Part shown: positions 54,205 to 63,390 of the stretch, in pieces
Position numbering within the stretch: position 1 is the stretch's first letter
How the letters are laid out: every line of letters starts with the position of its first letter
From: an uncultured Candidatus Saccharibacteria bacterium
Lineage (GTDB): Bacteria > Patescibacteriota > Minisyncoccia > Minisyncoccales > Staskawiczbacteraceae
Assembly (NCBI GenBank): GCA_964479955.1
Contig: CAYZNK010000002.1
Span: forward strand, 71,489-135,488
DNA: 64,000 bases
Direction: 5' to 3'
The notes under the pieces: model-generated
The model's database searches: none
Told to the model about the DNA's origin: nothing
What the model saw: only the letters and a program-made list of their open reading frames with translations
Made by a program: the position numbers and the translations under genes

Positions 54205-55041
54205 ATGGAATTTTTTGCGCCCAAAACAAACAACAAGAAAAAGAAAATAAAAAAAATAGCTGTAATTACAGTTATTCTGTGCATAGTTATTTTTACAGTT
54301 GCTTTTTTTAATTTCCAAATAAAGAATTTTTTTTATACTTCTTCCCAGCCAATCAGAAATTATTTTTTGTCAGCAGGATTATCAGCTTCAAATCAGATTA
54401 ATTCTTTATTCAATTTTTCAAAAGTATACAGAGAAAACGAAGAGCTTAAAGAAAAAAATTACGAACTTTTAGCAAAAATATCATTGTTGCTTAAAAATCA
54501 GGAAGAAAATAGGGCCATAAACGACGTATTTCCTGTCTGCCAGGAAAAAAGTTTTACCGTTGTCATGGCAAAGATGTCAGGGTATGACAATCAGGATATG
54601 ATTTCTATAGACAGAGGAGCAGAAGATGGCATAGAAGAGGGCATGCCTGTTATAAATCAGCACAATGTCCTTTTTGGAAAAATATATAAAGTTTATAAAA
54701 ATTTTTCCCAGGTGATGCTCATTTCAAATAAAAACAGTGTTGTAAGCGCTCAAATTCAGCAGCAGAATTTAGAAGATATTGCAGTTAAGGGTTCAATAAA
54801 AGGAGAGGGGGGTCTTTCTGCTCTCTTGGACCTTGTCCCAATTGACTCTCCTATAAGTTCCGGCCAGACATTGACAGTGTCCGCGCTTGACCAGACGTTT
54901 CCAAAAGATATCTTAGTGGGAGAAATATCCGAAGTTTTGAAAAATGATCAAAAGCCTTTTCAACAGGCAAAAATAAGTCTGTTTTTTGATCTAAAAAACG
55001 CAGAAAACCTGTTTGTTATAACAAATTATAAGAAAAATTAA
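54205..55041 (+). CDS. mreC: rod shape-determining protein MreC
   Basis: N-terminal TM and a coiled coil. Lies upstream of mreD and PBP2. ATG at 54205 was preferred over the TTG at 54178. Confidence 0.75.
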   Translation: MEFFAPKTNNKKKKIKKIAVITVILCIVIFTVAFFNFQIKNFFYTSSQPIRNYFLSAGLSASNQINSLFNFSKVYRENEELKEKNYELLAKISLLLKNQEENRAINDVFPVCQEKSFTVVMAKMSGYDNQDMISIDRGAEDGIEEGMPVINQHNVLFGKIYKVYKNFSQVMLISNKNSVVSAQIQQQNLEDIAVKGSIKGEGGLSALLDLVPIDSPISSGQTLTVSALDQTFPKDILVGEISEVLKNDQKPFQQAKISLFFDLKNAENLFVITNYKKN

Positions 55042-55583
55042 TGTGGATAAAAATTTTAATCTCTGCCATTTTGTTTTATTTTATCGTGCTTCTGCAGAAC
55101 AGTTTTTTTGTTTATTTTAATATTTTTGGGGCGGTTCCAAACTTTATTTTTATTTTTTTCTTTTTTCTGGTTTTCTTCAGCAAAAAAAAAGATTATTATG
55201 AAACAATTTTTTATTCTCTGACTGCCGGGTTTTTTTCGGATATTTTTTCCCCATTCAAAATGGGAATTTCAATTGCTCTGCTTTTAATGATTGGGGTTCT
55301 GATTAAGAAAGTTATTTTAACTTTAAGAGAAAGGGAGGAAAAATATCCTCTTATTTATTTTGTTGCAATATTTACAGCATCATTTTTGGCTTATTGCGTA
55401 TCGCTGGAGATTTACTTGTGCATTTTAAGCCAATGCCAAATTTTATCAATTTTTAGCGCAAGCTTTTTAACAGAATTTTTTTATACGCTATTTTTTGCGG
55501 CGCTTATTTTTTTAATTTGCAAAAAATTTTTGAAAAATAAAAAAGACAGCTTGCAAACAGGCTTATTAAAAAATGTTTTCTAA
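55041..55583 (+). CDS. mreD: rod shape-determining protein MreD
   Basis: 180 aa with about 5 TMs. The start overlaps the mreC stop and the gene sits between mreC and PBP2. Confidence 0.65.
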   Translation: MWIKILISAILFYFIVLLQNSFFVYFNIFGAVPNFIFIFFFFLVFFSKKKDYYETIFYSLTAGFFSDIFSPFKMGISIALLLMIGVLIKKVILTLREREEKYPLIYFVAIFTASFLAYCVSLEIYLCILSQCQILSIFSASFLTEFFYTLFFAALIFLICKKFLKNKKDSLQTGLLKNVF

Positions 55584-57495
55584 TAAATACAGATTAAAAA
55601 AGGCTTTTGCCGACATTGAAACACACGAAGTTTTTTTGGACAAACTGGCAAAAGCAAAAGAGCAGGAACTTGGAATATCGGAAAAAAAGTTGGAAGTTCC
55701 TTTGCAGGAAAAAATATCCTATGTGCTTTTGTTTATTTTTTTGCTGATAGAGATTATTTTCTTGTCAAAAACTTTTTACCTACAAATTATTGACGGAAAA
55801 AAGCTTTATACTGCAGCAGAAAATAATAAAGGAAACGAAAGCCTTATAATTCCGGAAAGGGGAATAATATACGACATTAACTTAAAAAAACTTGTTTCAA
55901 ATTCTCCTGCCTATGACCTGGTTTGTGACAAAAGGTTTTTTTCATATTCATCTTTGCAGGCAATAAGCGAAATAAATTCAATATCGGAAATATTGGGGTT
56001 AAATCCAATGGAATTGCAAAAACAAATTGAAAATTCAAAATCTTCTGAAATTATTATTTCAGAAGGATTGGACCATGAAAGCCTTCTTGTTTTAGAGTCT
56101 AAAATAGGAAACCTTGAAGGGTGCAGAATAGTTCAAAACACAATAAGGAATTATCAATATGGGCAGATTCTCTCGCATATTTTGGGATATATGGGGAGAA
56201 TAAACAGCGATGAATACAGTAATCTTAAAGGGTATGCCATAAATGATAAAATTGGGAAATTGGGGATTGAAAAATATTATGAAGATTATCTAAGAGGAAC
56301 GCCGGGACAATCAAGAATTATAAAGTCTGCAACAGGGGAAAAGGAGCAGAAAGAAACAATTTCAGAGCCTGTTGCCGGCAATAATCTGGTTTTAAACATA
56401 AACGCGGACTTACAAAAAAAAGTTTATGAGGCCTTAGAATCAAGTATAAAAAATCTTGGCTCAAAAAAGGGGGCTGCAGTTGCAATAGACCCAAGGACAG
56501 GGGCTGTTTTAGCTCTGGTTTCTTATCCTTCTTATGACGACAATTTATTTTCAGGCGGAATTTCTTCTGAAGATTACAGCCTTATAGAAAAAGAAGAATC
56601 TCTTTTTAACAGGGCGATTCAAGCAAAATATCCTACTGGCTCTACAATCAAGCCTTTTGAAGCCGCAGGGGCTTTGGAGGAAAATATTATTTCTCCGGAA
56701 AAAAAGATAAACGACATAGGCTATATAGAAGTCAAAAGCAAATACGACCCCAATGTTGTCTGGAGGTATGGAGGGGTAACGCCCCATGGATGGGTTGATA
56801 TGAAAGAAGCCATTGCTGTTTCTTCAAACATATATTTTTATACAGTTGGCGGAGGCTATGAAGACCAGCAGGGATTGGGACCCGCAAGAATCAAAGAATA
56901 TCTTGAATTATTTGGCTGGGGAAAGAAAACAGGGGTTGACCTGCCCAATGAATTTGAGGGATTTATACCAACTCCGGAATGGAAACAGCAGAATATAAAA
57001 GAATCCTGGTGGGACGGAGACACTTATAACCTTTCAATTGGACAAAGCTATCTTGAAGTAACTCCTTTGCAAGTGGCTTATGCATATTCTGCAATTGCAA
57101 ACAGCGGAACTTTGTATAAGCCCCAGATTATAAACAAAATAATTGAATCGGCGGAGAACAATGACATATTATTAAAAAGTTTTGCGCCTGAAATTATTAG
57201 AGAAAATTTTATTGATAAAGAAAATTTGCAAATTGTAAGAGAGGGCATGAGAGATTGCGTTCAGGAAAGCTATGGCTCTGCATATTATTTAAACAGCTTG
57301 CCCGTTGACGTTGCGGCAAAAACAGGTACAGCAGAAACTGGCAGAGACGGATATTACAACGCATGGATTTCAACTTTTGCTCCATATGAAAATCCGGAAA
57401 TTGTTTTTGTTGCCACAATTGAAAATGTTGAGGGATTAAGGTCTGCAACTCTGCCGGTTGCGTATAATGTACTTGACTGGTATTTCAGTAGATAA
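55573..57495 (+). CDS. mrdA: penicillin-binding protein 2 (elongation transpeptidase)
   Basis: STIKPF (SxxK), SSN and KTGTAE motifs. 640 aa. Confidence 0.85.
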   Translation: MFSNKYRLKKAFADIETHEVFLDKLAKAKEQELGISEKKLEVPLQEKISYVLLFIFLLIEIIFLSKTFYLQIIDGKKLYTAAENNKGNESLIIPERGIIYDINLKKLVSNSPAYDLVCDKRFFSYSSLQAISEINSISEILGLNPMELQKQIENSKSSEIIISEGLDHESLLVLESKIGNLEGCRIVQNTIRNYQYGQILSHILGYMGRINSDEYSNLKGYAINDKIGKLGIEKYYEDYLRGTPGQSRIIKSATGEKEQKETISEPVAGNNLVLNINADLQKKVYEALESSIKNLGSKKGAAVAIDPRTGAVLALVSYPSYDDNLFSGGISSEDYSLIEKEESLFNRAIQAKYPTGSTIKPFEAAGALEENIISPEKKINDIGYIEVKSKYDPNVVWRYGGVTPHGWVDMKEAIAVSSNIYFYTVGGGYEDQQGLGPARIKEYLELFGWGKKTGVDLPNEFEGFIPTPEWKQQNIKESWWDGDTYNLSIGQSYLEVTPLQVAYAYSAIANSGTLYKPQIINKIIESAENNDILLKSFAPEIIRENFIDKENLQIVREGMRDCVQESYGSAYYLNSLPVDVAAKTGTAETGRDGYYNAWISTFAPYENPEIVFVATIENVEGLRSATLPVAYNVLDWYFSR

Positions 57496-57503
57496 ATTTA
57501 TTG

Positions 57504-57533
57504 CCTGCCTGCCGGTAGGCAGGTACGACAAAA
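57504..57533 (+). repeat. CCTGCCTG...AGGCAGG palindromic element, intergenic copy
   Basis: cctgcct-gccggt-aggcagg-tacgacaaaa. Confidence 0.65.
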
Positions 57534-57590
57534 TAGTCATTGCGGTTTCTGACACCGCAATGACTATTTTTATTTGCAGCAGATAAAATA

Positions 57591-57732
57591 AACCCCATCA
57601 CCAATTTCATTCAAATAAAAGGTAAGACATAGTTTTGAAAGGCGAAGCGCTTTCGGCTGTCAGTGTTGCGATACAAAGTCAGTGGTAAAATTGGTGAGGG
57701 GTTTTGCGGCGGTAAATGTAATTATCCGCCGC
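57591..57732. repeat. hairpin-core element, copy B
   Basis: Terminal inverted repeat aaccccatcaccaatttc / aaaattggtgaggggtt and inner hairpin gaaag-gcgaagcg-ctttc. Homologous to 45236-45370. Confidence 0.75.
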
Positions 57733-58449
57733 AAAAAAAAGAGCGCCGTGCTATGCTCTTCCCAGTGCCGCCTTATGGAATTGGGCGGGGATTTTTTAAG
57801 GGTGAGCGATAAACACGGCGCAAAATGCAGCAAAGCCTCATTTTCGAGAGCTCGTAGGGATAGGGTTTTCCACCATAACAGGTACCGTCCCCGTAGCCCA
57901 ACATCACTGCATTTGAATGATAGACTGACAGGAGGCCCGCTTGTGCACAACAACGGGCTTTTGTGTTTGCGTTCTTGCCGCAGGCAAACTCTTTACGGGC
58001 GGTACAATATTTCCGCCGGTTGAAGCTGTGCCACACTAAGTTGGCCAAATATCAAACCGTGTGGATGGGATGCCCCATTTGCTCTGCTCAACTGCGTCTA
58101 GGAGCATAATGGGATATTCTGGGCTGATCCTTCACTTCCGCTAGATCCCGCGAACTTAGTTGAGCTGAGTTGCGATACGCAAGGTAAGTGAAGGACTGCA
58201 TCAGCGCAGTAGAATTTTTCCAATTTCACGGTAGTCGCTATAGGATGCGAAATCCTGCCAACTCCCTGTCAGTCTTGTATGAAAAGTGCATGCGAGTTTC
58301 TTGCTTGGTCCTTTACAGGATGGGGAGAAACTCTATTTTTTGTTTTGCAACACTAGTCTGTACCCCAAAACTAGCGAAGATTCCAGCTGTCTTTTTTTCG
58401 AGGCATCTCCCGCCGGAATTTACGGAAATGCACGCTATTTTGAAAAGAT
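57733..58449 (-). ncRNA. candidate ~700-nt non-coding transcript, or a decayed cassette; class unknown
   Basis: GC-richer block with a minus-strand promoter at 58456-58484 and a weak stem plus U8 at 57733-57759. It has only overlapping 90-113 aa ORFs on both strands with non-protein-like sequences. Several long-range helices are present (for example tccttcactt / aagtgaagga). Confidence 0.4.
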
Positions 58450-58455
58450 GTTTTT

Positions 58456-58484
58456 ATCTTAGCATATAGCAATTCTCCTGTCAA
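58456..58484 (-). promoter_or_regulatory. sigma70-type promoter driving the 58449->57733 unit
   Basis: On the minus strand: TTGACA, 17-nt spacer, TAAGAT. A second TTGACA lies 20 nt upstream. Confidence 0.55.
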
Positions 58485-58600
58485 GGGTTGTGCTAGTTTG
58501 TCAAGTTTGTTATTATTAATAAAATAAAATATTTAAAAAAATAAAAATATAATTATTTAGCAGAAAGTTGATTTTTAAAGTTGAATTTCTGCTACCCGAT

Positions 58601-60058
58601 ATGGCAACTATTGATGAATTAAGAAAAATTAGAATTGAAAAATTAAGAAAACTGCAGGCAGCCGGAATTTTGGCATACCCGGCAAAAACCAATAGAACCC
58701 ACACCATAAAAGAAGCCTTAGAGCAGTTTTCAAAGTTGGAAAAATCAAAAGAAACAATTGTTTTGGCAGGCAGGATAATGGCGCAAAGGGGGCACGGAAA
58801 AGCTTCTTTTATTGATATATATGACGGAGATAAAATTCAGGTAATTTTAAAAGAAGATAAATTGGGGGAAAAAGGATACAAGTTTTTTGCAGATATTTTT
58901 GACATTGCTGATTTTGTTGAGATAAAAGGAACGCTTTTTACAACTCAAAAAGGAGAAAAAACAATTGAGGCAGAAGATTATAAAATGTTGGCAAAAACCC
59001 TATTGCCTTTGCCTGAAAAATGGCACGGAATTTGCGATGTTGAAGAATGTTTGAGAAAAAGATATTTGGACATTCTGTTTAATCCGGAAGTAAAAGAAAT
59101 GGTTGAAAAGAGAACTGTTTTTTGGGCCTCAATGCGTGAATTTTTGGTTAAAAAAGGATTTATGGAAGTTGAAACGCCTGTTTTGGAAACAACACCCGGG
59201 GGAGCTGATGCCAGACCCTTTATAACTCATCACAACGCATTGGATATGGACTTATATTTAAGGATTTCAATGGGTGAATTATGGCAAAAAAAATTGATGG
59301 TTGCAGGTTTTCAAAAGACATTTGAAATTGGAAGGCAGTTCAGAAACGAGGGCATGGACCAAGAGCATTTGCAGGATTATACGCAGGTAGAATTTTATTG
59401 GGCGTATGCTGACGCGCAGATGGGCATGGAGTTGGCAGAACAAATGTATAAATATGTTGCAGAAAAAACTTTTGGAAAATTAAAATTTAAAATCCGAGGA
59501 CTTGATGTTGATTTTGGAAAAAAGTGGGAAAAGTATGACTATAAAACAGAAATATCAAAGCACACAAAAGTGAATATAGAAGAAGCAAGCTTGAATGAAA
59601 TGGAAAAAGCTTTGCAAAAATTGGAGATTGAATACGATAAAAAAGGGTTTAATAAGATAAGGGCAATGGATTGCTTGTGGAAATATTGCCGCAAAAAAAT
59701 TGCAGGACCGGGATTTTTAGTGCATCAGCCAATAGATCTTGACCCTTTGGCAAAAAAAGACGAAAAAAATCCAAATTATTCTCAAAGATTCCAGATAATT
59801 ATTGCAGGGTCAGAAATGGGAAAGGGATACTCTGAATTAAACGACCCCATTGACCAGGAAAAAAGATTTCAGGAACAACAGGAATTGCGCGAAAAGGGAG
59901 ATGAAGAGGCGCAGAGATACGACAAGGATTTTGTTGAGGCTTTAGAGCATGGCATGCCTCCAACCTGCGGATTTGGGGTTTCTGAAAGACTGTTTGCATT
60001 TTTAATGGATAAGCCCGCAAGAGAATGCCAGATTTTTCCTTTGATGAGACCAAAATAA
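58601..60058 (+). CDS. lysS: lysine-tRNA ligase (class II)
   Basis: FRNEGMD motif 2 region, GGADARPF, and a C-terminal motif 3 region. ATG at 58601. Confidence 0.9.
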   Translation: MATIDELRKIRIEKLRKLQAAGILAYPAKTNRTHTIKEALEQFSKLEKSKETIVLAGRIMAQRGHGKASFIDIYDGDKIQVILKEDKLGEKGYKFFADIFDIADFVEIKGTLFTTQKGEKTIEAEDYKMLAKTLLPLPEKWHGICDVEECLRKRYLDILFNPEVKEMVEKRTVFWASMREFLVKKGFMEVETPVLETTPGGADARPFITHHNALDMDLYLRISMGELWQKKLMVAGFQKTFEIGRQFRNEGMDQEHLQDYTQVEFYWAYADAQMGMELAEQMYKYVAEKTFGKLKFKIRGLDVDFGKKWEKYDYKTEISKHTKVNIEEASLNEMEKALQKLEIEYDKKGFNKIRAMDCLWKYCRKKIAGPGFLVHQPIDLDPLAKKDEKNPNYSQRFQIIIAGSEMGKGYSELNDPIDQEKRFQEQQELREKGDEEAQRYDKDFVEALEHGMPPTCGFGVSERLFAFLMDKPARECQIFPLMRPK

Positions 60059-60123
60059 AACTAAATCGCGAATTAAACGCCTCATACTGGTCCGCCGACT
60101 GGCGGATGAGGCGTTTGTGTTGC

Positions 60124-60378
60124 TTAAAATAGTAAAAAAAAGCCCCTTTTGCAAACTCGGGGCATAAAAGAGGCAACTTGATGTATTCCGCAAAAATTTT
60201 CTTTTCCGGCAGTTTCAATAATTTTTTGCCAGAAAAGAGATATGAGGAATATTGCGAGCGCGTTAAAGAACAAAATCTTGGGCACCCATAACAGAGAGAC
60301 AGGAGCATGATGCTCCAAAGCTATCCCTGCTACTACATAACTGATTGAAACTGCGCAGGTGATGAGATTTTTTTTCAT
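60124..60378 (-). CDS. small two-TM protein, paralog 1
   Basis: 84 aa with gggggaag before the ATG and promoter TTGACA-17-TATTAT. Loop motif ALEHHAPV. Caveat: the 3' end overlaps a terminator-like hairpin. Confidence 0.45.
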   Translation of the reverse strand: MKKNLITCAVSISYVVAGIALEHHAPVSLLWVPKILFFNALAIFLISLFWQKIIETAGKENFCGIHQVASFMPRVCKRGFFLLF

Positions 60379-60436
60379 TTTTCTTCCCCCGTTGAGTGTT
60401 CTGTATATTTTATAATATTATGTGTTAAGTTTTTTG

Positions 60437-60622
60437 TCAAGGGTTTGGCTGGATTTTTTTTATTGTTAGAATTGTAATCCAGAGACCAAAGAATATTGAG
60501 GTTAAAATAATGGCCTCATCCCACCAGCAGTCCGGAGTTTTGAGAGGCGATAAAGAAAGGATGAATAAAAAGTATATGATCAGAACTGAAATCATTAGGG
60601 TTGTTTTGAGGAAAACGGACAT
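60437..60622 (-). CDS. small two-TM protein, paralog 2
   Basis: 61 aa with tggaga before the ATG and the same TM-loop-TM layout. Confidence 0.45.
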   Translation of the reverse strand: MSVFLKTTLMISVLIIYFLFILSLSPLKTPDCWWDEAIILTSIFFGLWITILTIKKIQPNP

Positions 60623-60801
60623 GATTATGTCTCCAGGTAAAGATATAAATTAAATTGTCCAACGAGCTGTTTTTATTTTATTATTTATAAAGTATTTGTG
60701 TCAAGCATATGCAAAAAAAGACCCCGTAAAATCGCTTGCGCTATTGCGGGGTATATAATAAGGCCGATAGGCCACCTTTTGTTGGGACATTTTTGCCATA
60801 T

Positions 60802-61113
60802 CTAATTTATCTGGAGTAGGCGGTCGTATTTCTCGCAATAACTATTTGGCAAACCGCAGCAAGAGAGGTAGCGAAGTTTCTTTTGGCTAATCGGAAACAC
60901 TTCGCCACATTTATTGCACCGGAAGGTTTCTCCAATTTTCACGATTTTGGCAAACAAAAACTTGACTACCGGTATGCCGCCAAACAGGACAGTTATAACC
61001 AAACATGCGTCAATAATCGGCACCGGAGTATGTATTTCCAGCGCAAGAGTCAGGAGAACAAACCATCCAACGAGCATCAATGTCACCAGGGTAATCTTCA
61101 GGATTTCAAGCAT
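60802..61113 (-). CDS. small two-TM protein with a C-terminal Cys cluster, paralog 3
   Basis: 103 aa with aaggaaaag before the ATG. Loop motif ALEIHTPV, then CNKC...CC...C. Terminator accccg...cggggt plus T7. Confidence 0.55.
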   Translation of the reverse strand: MLEILKITLVTLMLVGWFVLLTLALEIHTPVPIIDACLVITVLFGGIPVVKFLFAKIVKIGETFRCNKCGEVFPISQKKLRYLSCCGLPNSYCEKYDRLLQIN

Positions 61114-61343
61114 CGTCTTTTCCTTTTAAAATAGGGGATTGTATGTTAAAGTTCAATATATTTTTATATCATATCTTTTATTTATTAGTCAAGATGTTGT
61201 AGGGTTTGTTTAACTTTGATATTATAAATAAATAATGTAATTTTATAAGATAAATAGAAGTTGCCCCTCGCCCCTCGTCGCTTTGCTCCTCGGGGTTTGC
61301 TGACCTGCGGGCTCGGGACGATTTCTTACTTCGTAGAAATCGC

Positions 61344-62591
61344 ATGTTAGATATTAATTTTATAAGAAATAACCCAGACAAAGTTAAACAGGCCTGCAAG
61401 AATAAAAATGTCCAAATTAGCGTTGAGCTGGTTTTGGATTTGGATAAAGAAAAAAGACAATTGCTTACAGAGATTGAAAATTTAAAGGCAGAACAAAATA
61501 AAATTTCAAGGGGAGGAAAGGACAACAAAGTTTTAATTAGCCAGGCAAAAGAAATAAAAGAAAAAATAAAATCCCTGGAACCTGATTTGGAAAGGGTTGA
61601 CTTGGAATTTAAAGATTTGCTTTTGCAGTTGCCCAACATTCCGTTTGAAGATGCACCCGTTGGCAAGGATGATTCTGAAAATGTTATTGTGCGACAAGTC
61701 GGGAAAAAACCAATTTATTTGGGATTCAAGCCAAAAGACTATATGGAATTGGGAGAAAAGTTAGATGTTATTGATACTGAAAGAGCAGGAAAAGTTGCGG
61801 GTTCAAGATTCGGATATTTAAAGGGTTCTTTGCCTTTGCTTGAATTTGCTTTAATAAAATTGGTAATGGACACAGTGATAAAAGAGGGGTTTATACCTGT
61901 GATTCCTCCTGTTATGCTAAAAAATCAAATGGCAAGAGGTACGGGATATTTTGAGGCAGCTGACGAAAAAGAGGCATATTATTTGCCGCAAGATGATATG
62001 TATTTGGCAGGAACTTCGGAGCAGTCGCTGGTTTCAATGCACGCAAACGAAATTTTAGAATTAAAAAATTTGCCAAAAAGATATGTTGGGTTCTCAACAT
62101 GTTTTAGAAGAGAAGCGGGGAGTTATGGAAAAGATACAAGGGGAATTTTAAGGGTCCACCAGTTTGATAAGCTGGAAATGGTAATTTTTTCAAAGCCGGA
62201 AGACTCAAAAGAAGAACATAAATTGCTTTTATCAATCGAAGAAAAATTGATGAAAGCTTTAAAATTGCCTTATCGGGTTATAAATATTTGCACAGGAGAT
62301 TTAGGAAGGCCGGCTGCAAAAAAATATGACATTGAAACATGGCTACCATCAGAAGGAAAATACAGGGAAACGCATTCTTGTTCAAACTGCACGGACTTTC
62401 AAGCAAGAAGACTGAATATAAGATGTAAAGATGGTAAAAATAAAATAAATTTTGTACATACACTAAATGGAACAGCTTTTGCAATAGGAAGAATTTTAAT
62501 AATGATAATGGAAAATTATCAGCAGAGAGACGGTTCAATAAAGGTGCCGAAGGTTTTGCAAAAATACGCAGGAATAAAAAAAATAAAATAG
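61344..62591 (+). CDS. serS: serine-tRNA ligase
   Basis: N-terminal coiled coil, FRREAGSYGKDTRG and TLNGTA motifs. Confidence 0.9.
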   Translation: MLDINFIRNNPDKVKQACKNKNVQISVELVLDLDKEKRQLLTEIENLKAEQNKISRGGKDNKVLISQAKEIKEKIKSLEPDLERVDLEFKDLLLQLPNIPFEDAPVGKDDSENVIVRQVGKKPIYLGFKPKDYMELGEKLDVIDTERAGKVAGSRFGYLKGSLPLLEFALIKLVMDTVIKEGFIPVIPPVMLKNQMARGTGYFEAADEKEAYYLPQDDMYLAGTSEQSLVSMHANEILELKNLPKRYVGFSTCFRREAGSYGKDTRGILRVHQFDKLEMVIFSKPEDSKEEHKLLLSIEEKLMKALKLPYRVINICTGDLGRPAAKKYDIETWLPSEGKYRETHSCSNCTDFQARRLNIRCKDGKNKINFVHTLNGTAFAIGRILIMIMENYQQRDGSIKVPKVLQKYAGIKKIK

Positions 62592-62594
62592 CCA

Positions 62595-63344
62595 GTGGAA
62601 AAAATAATCAACGGAATCAAAACAAATTATTTAGTTTTTGGAGAAGGCAAGCCCTTTTTGATTTTGCATGGATGGGGGTCTGCGTCTAACAGGTGGATTG
62701 TTGAGGCTGAAATAATAGCCAAAAAAGGATATAAAGTTATTGTGCCCGACTTGCCAGGATTTGGAGAAAGCGGAAAACTGACAAGGCCGTGGAAAGTTAA
62801 TGATTATGTAAAATGGGCAGAAGATTTTTTAGATAGTCTTGAGGTGCAAAATTTTTATCTATTAGGGTACTCGTTTGGTGGAGCCTTGGCTGCAAAAATA
62901 GCCATTAAGTATCCGCAAAGAGTGCAAAAACTTTTTTTGGCGGCATCTGCTGTCATAAGAAAGAAGACGGCAAAGAAAAGTTTTGCCGGGAAATTGGCAA
63001 AAATTGTAAAGATATTTTACTTTCTGCCCCTTTATTCTTTTTTTAGGAAAGCGGTATACAAATTTATCATAAGAAAAAGCGACTATATATACACAGAGGG
63101 AATAATGAAAGAAACGTATTTGAATATAATAGAGGACGATGTCTCATACAAGCTGTCGTTTATAAAAGTTTCCACTGTTATCATCTGGGGGGACAGAGAC
63201 CAGTCAGTTCCCATTGAAAACGCCAAGACAATAAATCAAAAAATAAAAAATTCAAAACTGATAATAATACCCGGGGCAGACCATTTAATGCATAAAAATT
63301 TACCGGAAACTTTAGCTGAGAAGATAACCGACAATTTGGATTGA
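62595..63344 (+). CDS. alpha/beta hydrolase
   Basis: HGWG and the GYSFGG nucleophile elbow. GTG start. Confidence 0.7.
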   Translation: MEKIINGIKTNYLVFGEGKPFLILHGWGSASNRWIVEAEIIAKKGYKVIVPDLPGFGESGKLTRPWKVNDYVKWAEDFLDSLEVQNFYLLGYSFGGALAAKIAIKYPQRVQKLFLAASAVIRKKTAKKSFAGKLAKIVKIFYFLPLYSFFRKAVYKFIIRKSDYIYTEGIMKETYLNIIEDDVSYKLSFIKVSTVIIWGDRDQSVPIENAKTINQKIKNSKLIIIPGADHLMHKNLPETLAEKITDNLD

Positions 63345-63390
63345 TAAATTTTAGAAAACTGGCCAATAAAAAAGCTATTAAATTTTTCTT

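Noticed and set aside
57660-58469. Four overlapping 91-113 aa ORFs in the 57.7-58.5 kb GC-richer block, considered as protein genes.
   Set aside because: They are mutually exclusive frames on both strands with non-ATG or SD-less starts and Arg/Cys-rich composition. The block is treated as non-coding or decayed, with low confidence either way.
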